Positions 16,884 to 26,387 of a DNA stretch of 64,000 bases are shown here, one piece after another; within the stretch, counting starts at the first letter, position 1; every line of letters starts with the position of its first letter. Position numbers and translations under genes: made by a program. The notes under the pieces were generated by a model. The model searched no databases. It was not told where the DNA came from and saw only the letters and a list, made by a program, of their open reading frames with translations. This DNA comes from a virus, in the IMG/VR virus record IMGVR_UViG_3300035670_000035, positions 64,001 through 128,000 of that record. One strand, written 5' to 3'.

Positions 16884-18068
16884 ATGCACCTAATAGAATC
16901 ATATGCAACATCTTCTGGTCTAAAAATAGGAAAACCATTTATTCTAGAATCCTATTTTCCTTTGCCTTTTGAAAAGTATATATCTTTTCAGCCTTTTAGC
17001 AAATATCCAGCTAAGGATTATGATTATTGGCAGGAAGTGATTAATTTAATATTACCACATTTAAAAGCATACAATATCGAAATTGTTCAAATTGGTGGCG
17101 AAAAAGAAAAAATTTTAGAAAATACATATAATACAGTTGGTCAAACTAATATAAGGCAAGCTGCATATATTATTAAAAATAGTATCATTCATGTTGGTAC
17201 AGATAGTTTTGGAGCGCATATTGCTTCTGGTTTTGGTAAAAAAATAGTAGCTTTATATAGTAATAATAATATTAATAATGTTAAACCATATTGGACAAAA
17301 GAAGAAGATATGGTTTTACTTTCACCAGAACTTGAATGTAAACCTAGTTATGCTGCCCAAGAAAACCCTAAAAGTATTAATAATATAAAACCAGAAAAAA
17401 TTGCACAAGCCATTTTAAAACTTCTAAAAATTAAAAATAATTTAAATACATTAGAAACGATTTATGTTGGTAAAGTTTTTAATAATAAACTTTTTCATAT
17501 TGTTCCAGATCATATAGTTCAGAGATCTAGTCTAATAGACCATTGCGTTTCTAGAATGGATATATTATTCAATGAAAATAATTTAAGAAATCAATTAAAA
17601 ATAATGCCATGTATTATCGCCACGAATAGACCAATAGATATAAATATATTACTAGAAAATAGGACTCATGTAATAGGCATAAATTGTTTTATAGAAGATG
17701 AAACTAATCTTGAATTCATTAAACAATTAAAAAATGCTAATATTAAATATCAATTATACTCTTATCTTTCAGAAGAAGACTTAAATAAATATAAATTAGA
17801 TTATTTAGATTATGGTATAATTGCTAAGATTAATCTTCAACATCCAAAAGTAGAGGAAATTATTAACAAATATAAATCTAATAATTTATATTATAAATCA
17901 AATAACCTAATTCTTAGTAAAGGTAATGTATTTCTAAGCGAAAAAGCTTTTTTTGATAATAAACCAGTTAATTCAATTAATGAAAATATGCAGGAATTTT
18001 ATGATATTAAAATAATAAATGAGAATCCTGAAAAGTTTTATATCTTTAATATGAACTTGACACAATAA
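16884..18068 (+). CDS. GT9-like C-terminal Rossmann domain fused to an unknown domain
   Basis: KDYDYWQEVI, IVQIGG, GQTNIRQAAYIIKNSIIHVGTDSFGAHIASGFGKKIVALY. Confidence 0.75.
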   Translation: MHLIESYATSSGLKIGKPFILESYFPLPFEKYISFQPFSKYPAKDYDYWQEVINLILPHLKAYNIEIVQIGGEKEKILENTYNTVGQTNIRQAAYIIKNSIIHVGTDSFGAHIASGFGKKIVALYSNNNINNVKPYWTKEEDMVLLSPELECKPSYAAQENPKSINNIKPEKIAQAILKLLKIKNNLNTLETIYVGKVFNNKLFHIVPDHIVQRSSLIDHCVSRMDILFNENNLRNQLKIMPCIIATNRPIDINILLENRTHVIGINCFIEDETNLEFIKQLKNANIKYQLYSYLSEEDLNKYKLDYLDYGIIAKINLQHPKVEEIINKYKSNNLYYKSNNLILSKGNVFLSEKAFFDNKPVNSINENMQEFYDIKIINENPEKFYIFNMNLTQ

Positions 18069-18085
18069 ATAAAGTATATTATACT
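18057..18085 (+). promoter_or_regulatory. sigma70 promoter TTGACA-N17-TATACT
   Basis: -35 inside the last codons of the GT9-like gene; the -10 ends 9 nt before ATG 18095. Confidence 0.78.
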
Positions 18086-18094
18086 ATACTTAAT

Positions 18095-18874
18095 ATGGAA
18101 AATACAGAATCTACCATCATCCAACCAAATATTAAATTTATTGAAGAAGTTCTAGAGCCAGAACCGCTAAATAAGCCACCAAAAGTATCTACAAGAAATA
18201 AATATGGTCTTATTGAAGATGAAGGCGTAAAGTACATCTACAATGATGATGGAACCATAAATTGGCGTAAAATGGTCAAAACAGAATACCTTGTTCCAAA
18301 TAGACAAAAAACTCAAGAGACGGATGTTTCAAAACTCGAAGATAAAGACCTGTTGATTCTTCTTGGTGGTATTAAAGAGCTTGCTCAAATTCGTGGTTAT
18401 ACTAGTGTCGAATATAAAGTCGTGGCCGCTTCGGAAGGATATTTTGCTACATCATGTAAGATAAAATGGATTCCCAACTATGAAACTAATGGTAGAGTTA
18501 TTGAATTTGAAGCTCTTGCTGATGCTACAGTAAATAATACAAAATCATTTGCTAGATTTTTCTTAGCAGCAATTGCAGAAAATAGAGCTTTTGTAAGATG
18601 TGTTCGTAACTTTTTAAAAATAAATATTGTATCTCAAGAAGAATTAGGCGATGCAAAACTTTTAGACGAAGGTACTGTTATTCAAGATAACCCAACTTCT
18701 CCACATGTTCTTTTAGAAAAAGTTATGAAAGATAAAAATATATCTTTTGATATATTAAAAAATAAACTAATAAAAGAAAAATTTGATAATGCAGAAAATT
18801 TAAATAATATTAATGATATTCCCAAGGCAAAAATTTTTGAGCTTATTGATAGGCTTAAAAAATTTAACAAGTAG
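18095..18874 (+). CDS. Rad52/Sak-like single-strand annealing protein
   Basis: LLGGIKELAQIRG, FEALADAT, AIAENRAFVRCVRNFLKINIVSQEEL, matching the Rad52-fold A-E-x-R-A-x-x-R-A-L helix. Confidence 0.6.
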   Translation: MENTESTIIQPNIKFIEEVLEPEPLNKPPKVSTRNKYGLIEDEGVKYIYNDDGTINWRKMVKTEYLVPNRQKTQETDVSKLEDKDLLILLGGIKELAQIRGYTSVEYKVVAASEGYFATSCKIKWIPNYETNGRVIEFEALADATVNNTKSFARFFLAAIAENRAFVRCVRNFLKINIVSQEELGDAKLLDEGTVIQDNPTSPHVLLEKVMKDKNISFDILKNKLIKEKFDNAENLNNINDIPKAKIFELIDRLKKFNK

Positions 18875-20222
18875 AAGCAGCTTGTGTGGAATTAGCCTTG
18901 GATTTCGTAGAGCCAATATCTCCAGCACCTAAATTAAAAGCCGAATCTTTACCTAAAAGTTTACATCCGCCAAATAGCTGTGGTAATATATTATACGAAG
19001 CCATTCTTAATATTAACTCCATTGAAGATAAGTCATTAGGAAGAGCTATATTATAAGCTGTTGTTGGTACGCCAAAAAGATCTAAAGCTCCTGTATATGG
19101 AACTCCATTAGATTTAATACCTAGGGTACTCATAACCGTATCTTGAATTATAATTTTAGGATAATATAAAAAAGCTTTTTTTGATCTACAAATATAAGGT
19201 CCAAATATTGATTTTTCTTTCTGTGGATTTGGATATCCCTTTTGACGCGTACCAGATACAATTGTTTTATAATCAGAAAAGTCAATATGTACAGAAATTG
19301 GTCTAAGAATACTATTTATTTGAACTTTTAATTTATCTAATATCGCTTTTTCTCTCTCTTGGGATCTTAAAATAAAAGCTTTATCAGAATATTTTGATGA
19401 AAGTTTATTTAATTGATCATATTTTATAGTACTATTTGCTTTTAAAGTTTCTATAAACATTTCTATATTTTCTTTTTCAATATTCTTAAATATGCTTGAT
19501 GTAAATCCACCTCCACCATTAAACTGATATTTACTTAAAATTGTATCATAACTGGAAGTACCTGTAACTTTTTTAAAACCAGATTCACTAGAAAGATTTA
19601 TTAATTGATCTTTTTGTATTTTTGCTTCGATCTTATCTTCTTTTTGTTCAGTAGGAACGAAAGGATGTTTTCTTTTTACTATTTCTGATAAAATTGTCCT
19701 TTCTTTATTTGCTAAATCTTTCTTTTCATATGTATAATAATCTGTATAACCCATTTTAGGTATTTGAGCTTTGATAACAGAACTAAAAAGCTGATCTACA
19801 ACAACTTGTAATGTAAGCGATATAGATATTGCCGCTAAAAGGGCAAGCAACCCAGTATATCCACCAGTTATTAACATAATCATAAAAGGATCAACTGTAT
19901 ATGGTCTAGAAACAATATCTATATCTAAGCCAAAAGAATTATAATACAAATCACTCATCTGAGTTTCTGTAAAAGCAGCTGGCCTAGCAGTGCCTTCGCC
20001 ATGATCATTTTTATTTCTATCTATTCTTTCTTTTTCTAATGCAGCTTTAACTTCTGGCAGAATATTTTTATCATTTTGCATCATTGAAGTTGCTCCATTT
20101 TTAAAAAATAAATAATGTTGATTTATAGGTAAGGAGCCAAAATTAGTAACCTTATTTAAGACATTTTTTGGATTGTCCATGCCATATTGAAAATTCCAAT
20201 TTGCTGAAGCTAATTCACTCAT
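18864..20222 (-). CDS. Hypothetical protein, last gene of the virion block
   Basis: Long ORF; ATG 20222 preferred to the GTG at 20237; overlaps the convergent gene by 11 nt. Confidence 0.65.
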   Translation of the reverse strand: MSELASANWNFQYGMDNPKNVLNKVTNFGSLPINQHYLFFKNGATSMMQNDKNILPEVKAALEKERIDRNKNDHGEGTARPAAFTETQMSDLYYNSFGLDIDIVSRPYTVDPFMIMLITGGYTGLLALLAAISISLTLQVVVDQLFSSVIKAQIPKMGYTDYYTYEKKDLANKERTILSEIVKRKHPFVPTEQKEDKIEAKIQKDQLINLSSESGFKKVTGTSSYDTILSKYQFNGGGGFTSSIFKNIEKENIEMFIETLKANSTIKYDQLNKLSSKYSDKAFILRSQEREKAILDKLKVQINSILRPISVHIDFSDYKTIVSGTRQKGYPNPQKEKSIFGPYICRSKKAFLYYPKIIIQDTVMSTLGIKSNGVPYTGALDLFGVPTTAYNIALPNDLSSMELILRMASYNILPQLFGGCKLLGKDSAFNLGAGDIGSTKSKANSTQAASTC

Positions 20223-20226
20223 GTTA

Positions 20227-20907
20227 TTAAGCAGCACCGCTAGGATTATACCAAAAGAATGGATTCATAAAAGGAATTCCGTAAGCAACTGGATTTCCAT
20301 CATAATTAAAAGTAGTCATCATTATATTATAGTCTATAGTTTGAACTAATTGATAAAGTTTAGCTTGTTTATTATCTGCACCACCACCAATTAAAACCGT
20401 AGTACCAACCTGTGAATCATCTTTTGTTAGATATGCAAGGGGAAATATAGCTGCCGTTTGTCTTCTATAAACTATATTACTTTTTAAGTTTCCTTGTTCA
20501 TCAAATTCTATTGGTGGATTGTATTCGAATGGCTCTGGATATCCACTCCAAGGATTAGATATATCTGATACTATAATGTCCGCACTATTAGCATATAAAT
20601 TTGGTCCGATTCCAACTTTTAAATAAATAATATGACTATCTTTATCTTCTGAAAGTTCTAGTTCTGTACCTAAATTATTAATAATATGCCCACTAATATT
20701 TCCTCCTTCAAAACTTTCTATTGTAGATTTTGTATTATCATCTAAAAAGCCACTCCATATCATCATATCTTTTAAATTAAAAGATCTATATATTACAGAT
20801 CTTGGCTCTACAATTGCATAAGTTTTATTATCTTTTTTTACTATTGTTACTTCAAATGGCCTAAAATTATTAGAAGTTGTAGTTGTTATAGATTTAAATA
20901 TTTGCAT
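20227..20907 (-). CDS. Hypothetical virion/tail-tip protein
   Basis: 226-aa ORF coupled to the upstream gene by a TAATG overlap; context only. Confidence 0.55.
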   Translation of the reverse strand: MQIFKSITTTTSNNFRPFEVTIVKKDNKTYAIVEPRSVIYRSFNLKDMMIWSGFLDDNTKSTIESFEGGNISGHIINNLGTELELSEDKDSHIIYLKVGIGPNLYANSADIIVSDISNPWSGYPEPFEYNPPIEFDEQGNLKSNIVYRRQTAAIFPLAYLTKDDSQVGTTVLIGGGADNKQAKLYQLVQTIDYNIMMTTFNYDGNPVAYGIPFMNPFFWYNPSGAA

Positions 20908-22547
20908 TAGGCTACTCCAGTAAATCTTATGTTTATATTTTCTGCATCATTTAATGATATTTTTAATTCAGCTATATCATCAAAAATTCTATTATTAGGA
21001 TTAGAATATTCGACTTGAATATTATATAGATTAATAATAGGATCATCTATAAAATTACTTATATATTTAATTCCAGTTGTAGAAGTATATTCGGGAAATG
21101 CATTTGCTATAATGTAAGATATATTATTATCCGAAACATAAAGCCTCCAGACATCTTCGAATTTCTTCAATCCTAAAACGCCAGTTAAATTTCCTGTAAC
21201 AAAATTTGAATATCCAGTTGTCATTAATCCAGTAGCTAATACAATTGAATAAACATTACCACTAAATATACCAGTTGGCGTTAATGGTGCATAATAAGTT
21301 ATTCCGCTTTGTAAAAAGTCTGGGGCATCAAAAAATGGTCTTGTTGGACTTCCAAATGATTCTACAGATATTAAATTACCACTTTCTCCAGAAGTTGCAG
21401 AAACAATTTTTAATTTTCCACCAGCAATTTCTGAAGTTATTCCATATGATGTGGTTCCAGAATTAATAATATTATTTAAAGTATTTAAAGAATCAAAATA
21501 TAGAGGAGGCCTAAATAATGGACCCGTACTAAAAGTAAACGTACTTAAAACATCTAAATTTGGATTTGTTATATTTATAAAATCAAATTCTTCTGGATCA
21601 TTTAGATTTAAGAAGTTAAATGAATTAGTAAATCCAGTACCAAATCCTTGATTTGCAGATAGTACGTTTCCAGTGACTATTTGATTAAAGATATAAATTC
21701 CACTATTAATCTCTAAAACTTGCCCAGTTAATCTTCCTGTTAATTGTGAATAACCAATTAGATTTCTTCTTGATAATTCTGCTCCAATTATATTACCGCT
21801 TACAATTACATTTTGAGTAGATGAAGCGAATCCACTACCTTCACTCATAACTTTATTTAATATAAATATGCCTGGGGGCTCATTAATATTATTTACATTA
21901 TTTTGAATATTTGTAGCAGAGACAACATTAAAACCAGTAAACCAAAAACTTTTTGAATTTTCACCCGTAGTTGTATCTCCGCTCACAGTATAATTAAAAT
22001 TTTTATAGAATGTTACTATGGACGTATCTGGATCATAGAAGTTATCTTTTAGAAGTATTGAGCCAGTATAAACTCCAGTATATCTATTGTCTCTATAAGT
22101 AATTGGAGAGTTTACATAACCAGTAGTCGCTCCATCACTAGACACGATTTCTAAATTTTCATTTATTGGATAAACTTGTCTATTTTTTTGATCATAAAAA
22201 ATTTGTCCACCAGAGAAAAATCCTGTATGATAACCTTGTGCAACATATATTCCAGAAGAATTAGTTGGACCTTCATCAACAAATTCTGCTATTCCTGTAA
22301 TTTTTGGATATAAATCTCCAGAATAAAATGAATCATACATAGTATCTACGCCACTTAAAATAATATTATTCGGATCATATTTACCATAAACGTCATAATC
22401 AGAAAAAAGAGTAATATTATAAATCTTTATAGTATTTAAAGGAACAGATTTAAAACTAATTTTTTTATTACTTAATTCTTTTAAAACTTCTGGCTCCATT
22501 GGAGCTGTCCTAAATCCAGTCATAAATATTCTTGCGTATTTAGCCAT
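20907..22547 (-). CDS. S/T-G-rich putative virion structural protein
   Basis: 546 aa, beta-rich, about 33 S/T-G dipeptides by hand count; preceded by the late element. Confidence 0.55.
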   Translation of the reverse strand: MAKYARIFMTGFRTAPMEPEVLKELSNKKISFKSVPLNTIKIYNITLFSDYDVYGKYDPNNIILSGVDTMYDSFYSGDLYPKITGIAEFVDEGPTNSSGIYVAQGYHTGFFSGGQIFYDQKNRQVYPINENLEIVSSDGATTGYVNSPITYRDNRYTGVYTGSILLKDNFYDPDTSIVTFYKNFNYTVSGDTTTGENSKSFWFTGFNVVSATNIQNNVNNINEPPGIFILNKVMSEGSGFASSTQNVIVSGNIIGAELSRRNLIGYSQLTGRLTGQVLEINSGIYIFNQIVTGNVLSANQGFGTGFTNSFNFLNLNDPEEFDFINITNPNLDVLSTFTFSTGPLFRPPLYFDSLNTLNNIINSGTTSYGITSEIAGGKLKIVSATSGESGNLISVESFGSPTRPFFDAPDFLQSGITYYAPLTPTGIFSGNVYSIVLATGLMTTGYSNFVTGNLTGVLGLKKFEDVWRLYVSDNNISYIIANAFPEYTSTTGIKYISNFIDDPIINLYNIQVEYSNPNNRIFDDIAELKISLNDAENINIRFTGVA

Positions 22548-22550
22548 TTT

Positions 22551-22576
22551 CCTTATACCTTTAAATATATTACACT
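22551..22576 (-). promoter_or_regulatory. Composite late element AGTGTAA-TATATTT-AAAGG-TA-TAAGG
   Basis: Reads directly on the - strand; the TAA of the motif is the stop codon of ORF 22570-23430. Confidence 0.7.
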
Positions 22577-23430
22577 GTTAATTTAATTAAATTTTTATAT
22601 ATATTAGGATATTTAATATTTATAACATTTAGAATTTTATCTAAATATTTATCTCTGTGTTCTTTAGAGCTTAAATGAGCAAAAGTCATTATTTTACTAT
22701 CTTTTTCTTTTTCGGTTTCATATATACTATAAGTTTTTAAATTATGATATTTTGCATAAAATGATAAGAATAATTGCTCTGGTATCGTGGGTAAATAAAT
22801 ACTATTATACAAATAAGAAATATTTTTATAAAATTTATTAAAAAATTCAAATAATAATAAAGACTTTTCGGCGTAATCTTTTGCGTACTTTGAGTTTTTA
22901 AAACCTATAATAGAACAATTATATGCTTTAAAAGAATATGCTTCATTCTCATTTTTAAGATTTAAATTTTTATCATAAAAACTATCAACTAAATAATCCC
23001 ATTCTAAAATTAAGTTCTTGGGAACACTTTGAGCAAAAATTTTTAAAAGCTCACCACAATACCATTTTCTTTCTTCTATAATTTCGTCATGCGTATAGAT
23101 TAAATCATTTTGATCTAAAAGATTCGATAAATCTTTAAAGAGAAAAACATCATGATCAATAATTATTTCATCATTCATTTTCTCAAATGTTTTCATTTTA
23201 GAAGAGCTCCAATAATTTCTGTACTTATCGTCGTGATTAATTTCTATAAAATTATCATAATTTAAACCTAAATTTTTACATTTATTAATATGTTCTAAAT
23301 TTGAATATAGATTTATTTTTAATTTTTTTTCTTTTATCAAAAGAAAAGAAAATATCTGGTAAACAAAAAAAATAATATCTGCTCTATTATATTTTAAATT
23401 ATTTGGCAAAAAAGAATGAGCATAAATCAT
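22570..23430 (-). CDS. GT-A-like nucleotide-sugar transferase (DUF6734-like)
   Basis: WSSSKMKTF, IIIDHDVFLFK (DxD), YNCSIIGF, IPEQLFLS, FAHL. Confidence 0.6.
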   Translation of the reverse strand: MIYAHSFLPNNLKYNRADIIFFVYQIFSFLLIKEKKLKINLYSNLEHINKCKNLGLNYDNFIEINHDDKYRNYWSSSKMKTFEKMNDEIIIDHDVFLFKDLSNLLDQNDLIYTHDEIIEERKWYCGELLKIFAQSVPKNLILEWDYLVDSFYDKNLNLKNENEAYSFKAYNCSIIGFKNSKYAKDYAEKSLLLFEFFNKFYKNISYLYNSIYLPTIPEQLFLSFYAKYHNLKTYSIYETEKEKDSKIMTFAHLSSKEHRDKYLDKILNVINIKYPNIYKNLIKLTV

Positions 23431-23432
23431 AT

Positions 23433-26381
23433 TTATTTTTTAGATTTTAATATATCCAAAAAGTTCTGTATTTCTTCTTCATTTATATTTTCATCACTAA
23501 AAAAGTCTACGTTAATATCAGGATTTTCAATTTGAAAATCTAATAATTTTTCTAAATTTTGTAAGGTTTGAGGTTTATAATTACAATCACTAGAGCAGTA
23601 CTCAATTAAACAATTAATTCGCAGTTCTATGCAATTTGAATTTGAAAATGACAGAATTTCTCTTTTACAATAGTCACAAGGTGCAAAACAAGGGCATGGT
23701 CGTAAATAATCGTATAGGGATTGAGGAATGAAATCACGACAACTGCATGATCTTAGTTCTTTACATCTTTCACATGTATATGTTTCATTTGGACAAGCGC
23801 TTCCTGGGCCATCGCCTGGAACAGCATAACTTTCACAACGATATCGCTTTGGAGGTGGACCACATAGATTTGGCCAACACCCAAATTGTTTAAAAGTACC
23901 AGAACCACTACATTTTTGACATGGGCCTGGACCACTTGTAGGGCCTGGACCACTTGAGGCTGGTGAACCGGATCCTGGAAGTACTCCACCAGGTTTCCAA
24001 GGTGGAGGTGGTGGTGGTTGTGGAGGAGGTGGAGGAGCTGGTGGTGGAGGTGGTGGTGGAGGTGGTGGTGGAGGTGGTGGTGGAGGTGGTGGTGGAGGTG
24101 GTGGTGGAGGTGGTGGTATAGGTGGTGGAGGTGGTGGTGGTATAGGTGGTGGAGGTGGTGGAGGAGCAGGTGGTGGTGGAGGAGATGATGGGCCAGTTGG
24201 ATTTGTAAAAACAGGTGCGTCACCAACAACAATAACATCACTTTGAGCAGAGCCATTATTATTTATTATTGTTATTGGACCAGATGTTGCTCCAATTGGA
24301 ACAGTAAAAGTGATTCCTGTATTTGAACAACTTATAATTTCTGTAGCCAGAATACCATTAAAATAAACTTGAGATCCACACCCAAGATTTTCGCCAATTA
24401 CAGTAATTCTATCACCAATATTTACTCTATCAGGCCAAACATCATATATTATTGGTTCAGTACTAACAATTGTGACTCTAAAACTAAGAGCACTTTCTAC
24501 TGGAGAATATCCAGCAACTGTTACAGAGATTTTTCCAGTAGTAGTTCCAGCCGCAACTGTAGCTGTAATTAAAGTTCTAGCGCTATTTACAGAAACGCTT
24601 GTGGCATTTACTCCATTAAATTTAACAGTAGGATTAGATCCAAAATTTCTACCAATTATTGTTACAATTGTTCCGATTGGTCCCCATTTTGGAGTAAAAT
24701 TATTTATAACGGGAAATGGACTGATACTATCGCAAGTAGAGCAAAGAGATCCATTTGTATACAATTCTCTTGCTAAGTTATTATTTGGGCAAACAATTTG
24801 ATTACTAGAAAATAGACCAAAATCTTCACAAGTTGATGATTCATCCCAACGAAAAGATGGAGACTTTCCACTACATGCATAACAATATAAATCATATACC
24901 CTAATTGGAGTTACAACACTAGTATTAAAATCGCAAGGTAAATCATAATCAGAAGAATATTTATAATTTTCGCAAGTTAAAACTCTGTCATTGCCATATA
25001 AATATATGCCAACATTTGCCACAGAAGTTCTACCCTCTTTATCAGAAAAATAAATATTTTGATAATACCATTTTCCTGTTTCATCATTTATATACCCAGT
25101 AATATAATTTAATTTATTTAAACCCAAAGTAGAATGACTAAAAATACATGATGGATTATTTTCATAATAACCAAAATGTTCTACAGGATAATTAATATAA
25201 GTATTTAAATCTGCAGTAAAACGATGTTCTCTTGTAAATAAAACGTCATCTAAACTTTTTATTGAAGGTATTTGGGAAAAATCTATTTTAAAATCTTCAT
25301 TTGTAAATATAAAAAATTTTCCACTATTTTCAAAAGAACTAATAATTAAAATCTTATCATCGTTACTAATAAAAATATTTTGTCCAAAAAAATTAGAATC
25401 TGTAGGATTTAAAACTTGATCTGTTATTTGTTGATTAAAATTCCAGTCATTATTATCATTTTCATATATTACAATTTTTCCAATATTATATGGACCACCA
25501 ATAAAAATTCTATTTCCAGAAGAATTAAATGTTAAACTTGCTCCAAGTGTTCTTTCTGAATCTCCAGTAAATGTTTTTTCTAAAGTCCAGTTTGAAGTAT
25601 TATTTTTATAAATAAACGTTTTGCCATTATTATTTTCTGAAAATGGAGCGGAAATACTAATATAATCGCCTTTTTTATCTATAGCTGTACTAAATCCAAA
25701 AAAATTGTTACTTGCTTCACTACCCGTTATTCTTTCATTTAATTGCCAATCTATTCCATCTCCAGTAAATACATAAAATGCCCCACTGTTCTCATTCTCA
25801 CCAATGGCACTAACAACTAATTTATTACCACTTTCATCTATACTTATAGACGAACCAAAAGCTCCACTAGTAGTTAAATCTCCAGTAATTATTTTATGAT
25901 AATTAAAATCATATCCTGTGCCAGTAAAAATATAAACTGCCCCTGCGTTAATAACATCATGTGAAGAATCGTATGGTGCAGAAACAAAACCTATATTTCC
26001 ACTACTATTGAGCAAAGTTTTAACACCAAATAAATCTGAAGCATTTGGATAGCCCGTAATTCTTTTTATTAAGTTCCAATTATTATTATATTTATTAAAT
26101 AAATATGCCCCATTTGCACCAGGAGCACCTATTAAAGCAGTATCTCCAGTTTTATTTAAACTTATGTAAAATCCAAAAGAATCATAATTACCACTTATTT
26201 TTTCTTTAAATTTAAATTTATTATCAATATTCTCATAAATATGAACATACCCTCTTAAATCATCTCCAGGATGTCCTATAAATAGATATTTATTATCATT
26301 ATCCATCGATAATCCTTCACCAAAAATTGGATAATTATTATTTGGATTATCTATTTGTTGGATTAATGAATAATATTTCAT
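23433..26381 (-). CDS. Adhesin-like virion protein: FG-GAP beta-propeller, 2 IPT/TIG domains, polyproline stalk, Cys-rich tip
   Basis: About 7 FG-x-S-x-x-x-x-x-x-G...GAP...G-x-VY repeats; INNFTPKWGPIGTIVTIIGRNFG and IYDVWPDRVNIGDRITVIGENLG (IPT/TIG); 61-codon Pro tract. Confidence 0.8.
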   Translation of the reverse strand: MKYYSLIQQIDNPNNNYPIFGEGLSMDNDNKYLFIGHPGDDLRGYVHIYENIDNKFKFKEKISGNYDSFGFYISLNKTGDTALIGAPGANGAYLFNKYNNNWNLIKRITGYPNASDLFGVKTLLNSSGNIGFVSAPYDSSHDVINAGAVYIFTGTGYDFNYHKIITGDLTTSGAFGSSISIDESGNKLVVSAIGENENSGAFYVFTGDGIDWQLNERITGSEASNNFFGFSTAIDKKGDYISISAPFSENNNGKTFIYKNNTSNWTLEKTFTGDSERTLGASLTFNSSGNRIFIGGPYNIGKIVIYENDNNDWNFNQQITDQVLNPTDSNFFGQNIFISNDDKILIISSFENSGKFFIFTNEDFKIDFSQIPSIKSLDDVLFTREHRFTADLNTYINYPVEHFGYYENNPSCIFSHSTLGLNKLNYITGYINDETGKWYYQNIYFSDKEGRTSVANVGIYLYGNDRVLTCENYKYSSDYDLPCDFNTSVVTPIRVYDLYCYACSGKSPSFRWDESSTCEDFGLFSSNQIVCPNNNLARELYTNGSLCSTCDSISPFPVINNFTPKWGPIGTIVTIIGRNFGSNPTVKFNGVNATSVSVNSARTLITATVAAGTTTGKISVTVAGYSPVESALSFRVTIVSTEPIIYDVWPDRVNIGDRITVIGENLGCGSQVYFNGILATEIISCSNTGITFTVPIGATSGPITIINNNGSAQSDVIVVGDAPVFTNPTGPSSPPPPPAPPPPPPPIPPPPPPPIPPPPPPPPPPPPPPPPPPPPPPPPPPAPPPPPQPPPPPPWKPGGVLPGSGSPASSGPGPTSGPGPCQKCSGSGTFKQFGCWPNLCGPPPKRYRCESYAVPGDGPGSACPNETYTCERCKELRSCSCRDFIPQSLYDYLRPCPCFAPCDYCKREILSFSNSNCIELRINCLIEYCSSDCNYKPQTLQNLEKLLDFQIENPDINVDFFSDENINEEEIQNFLDILKSKK
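24000..24182 (-). repeat. Polyproline microsatellite (CCA/CCT; 12-nt unit ggtggtggtgga on + strand)
   Basis: 61 codons, 56 Pro, interrupted by A, I, I, A, Q. Confidence 0.95.
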
Positions 26382-26387
26382 TATTGT

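Noticed and set aside
24000-24182. Functional G-quadruplex on the + strand
   Set aside because: Only GG doublets, fully explained by Pro codons on the - strand; no independent support.
23753-24256. His-rich 167-aa ORF (and the complementary Gly-rich frame)
   Set aside because: It is an alternative-frame shadow of the polyproline microsatellite.
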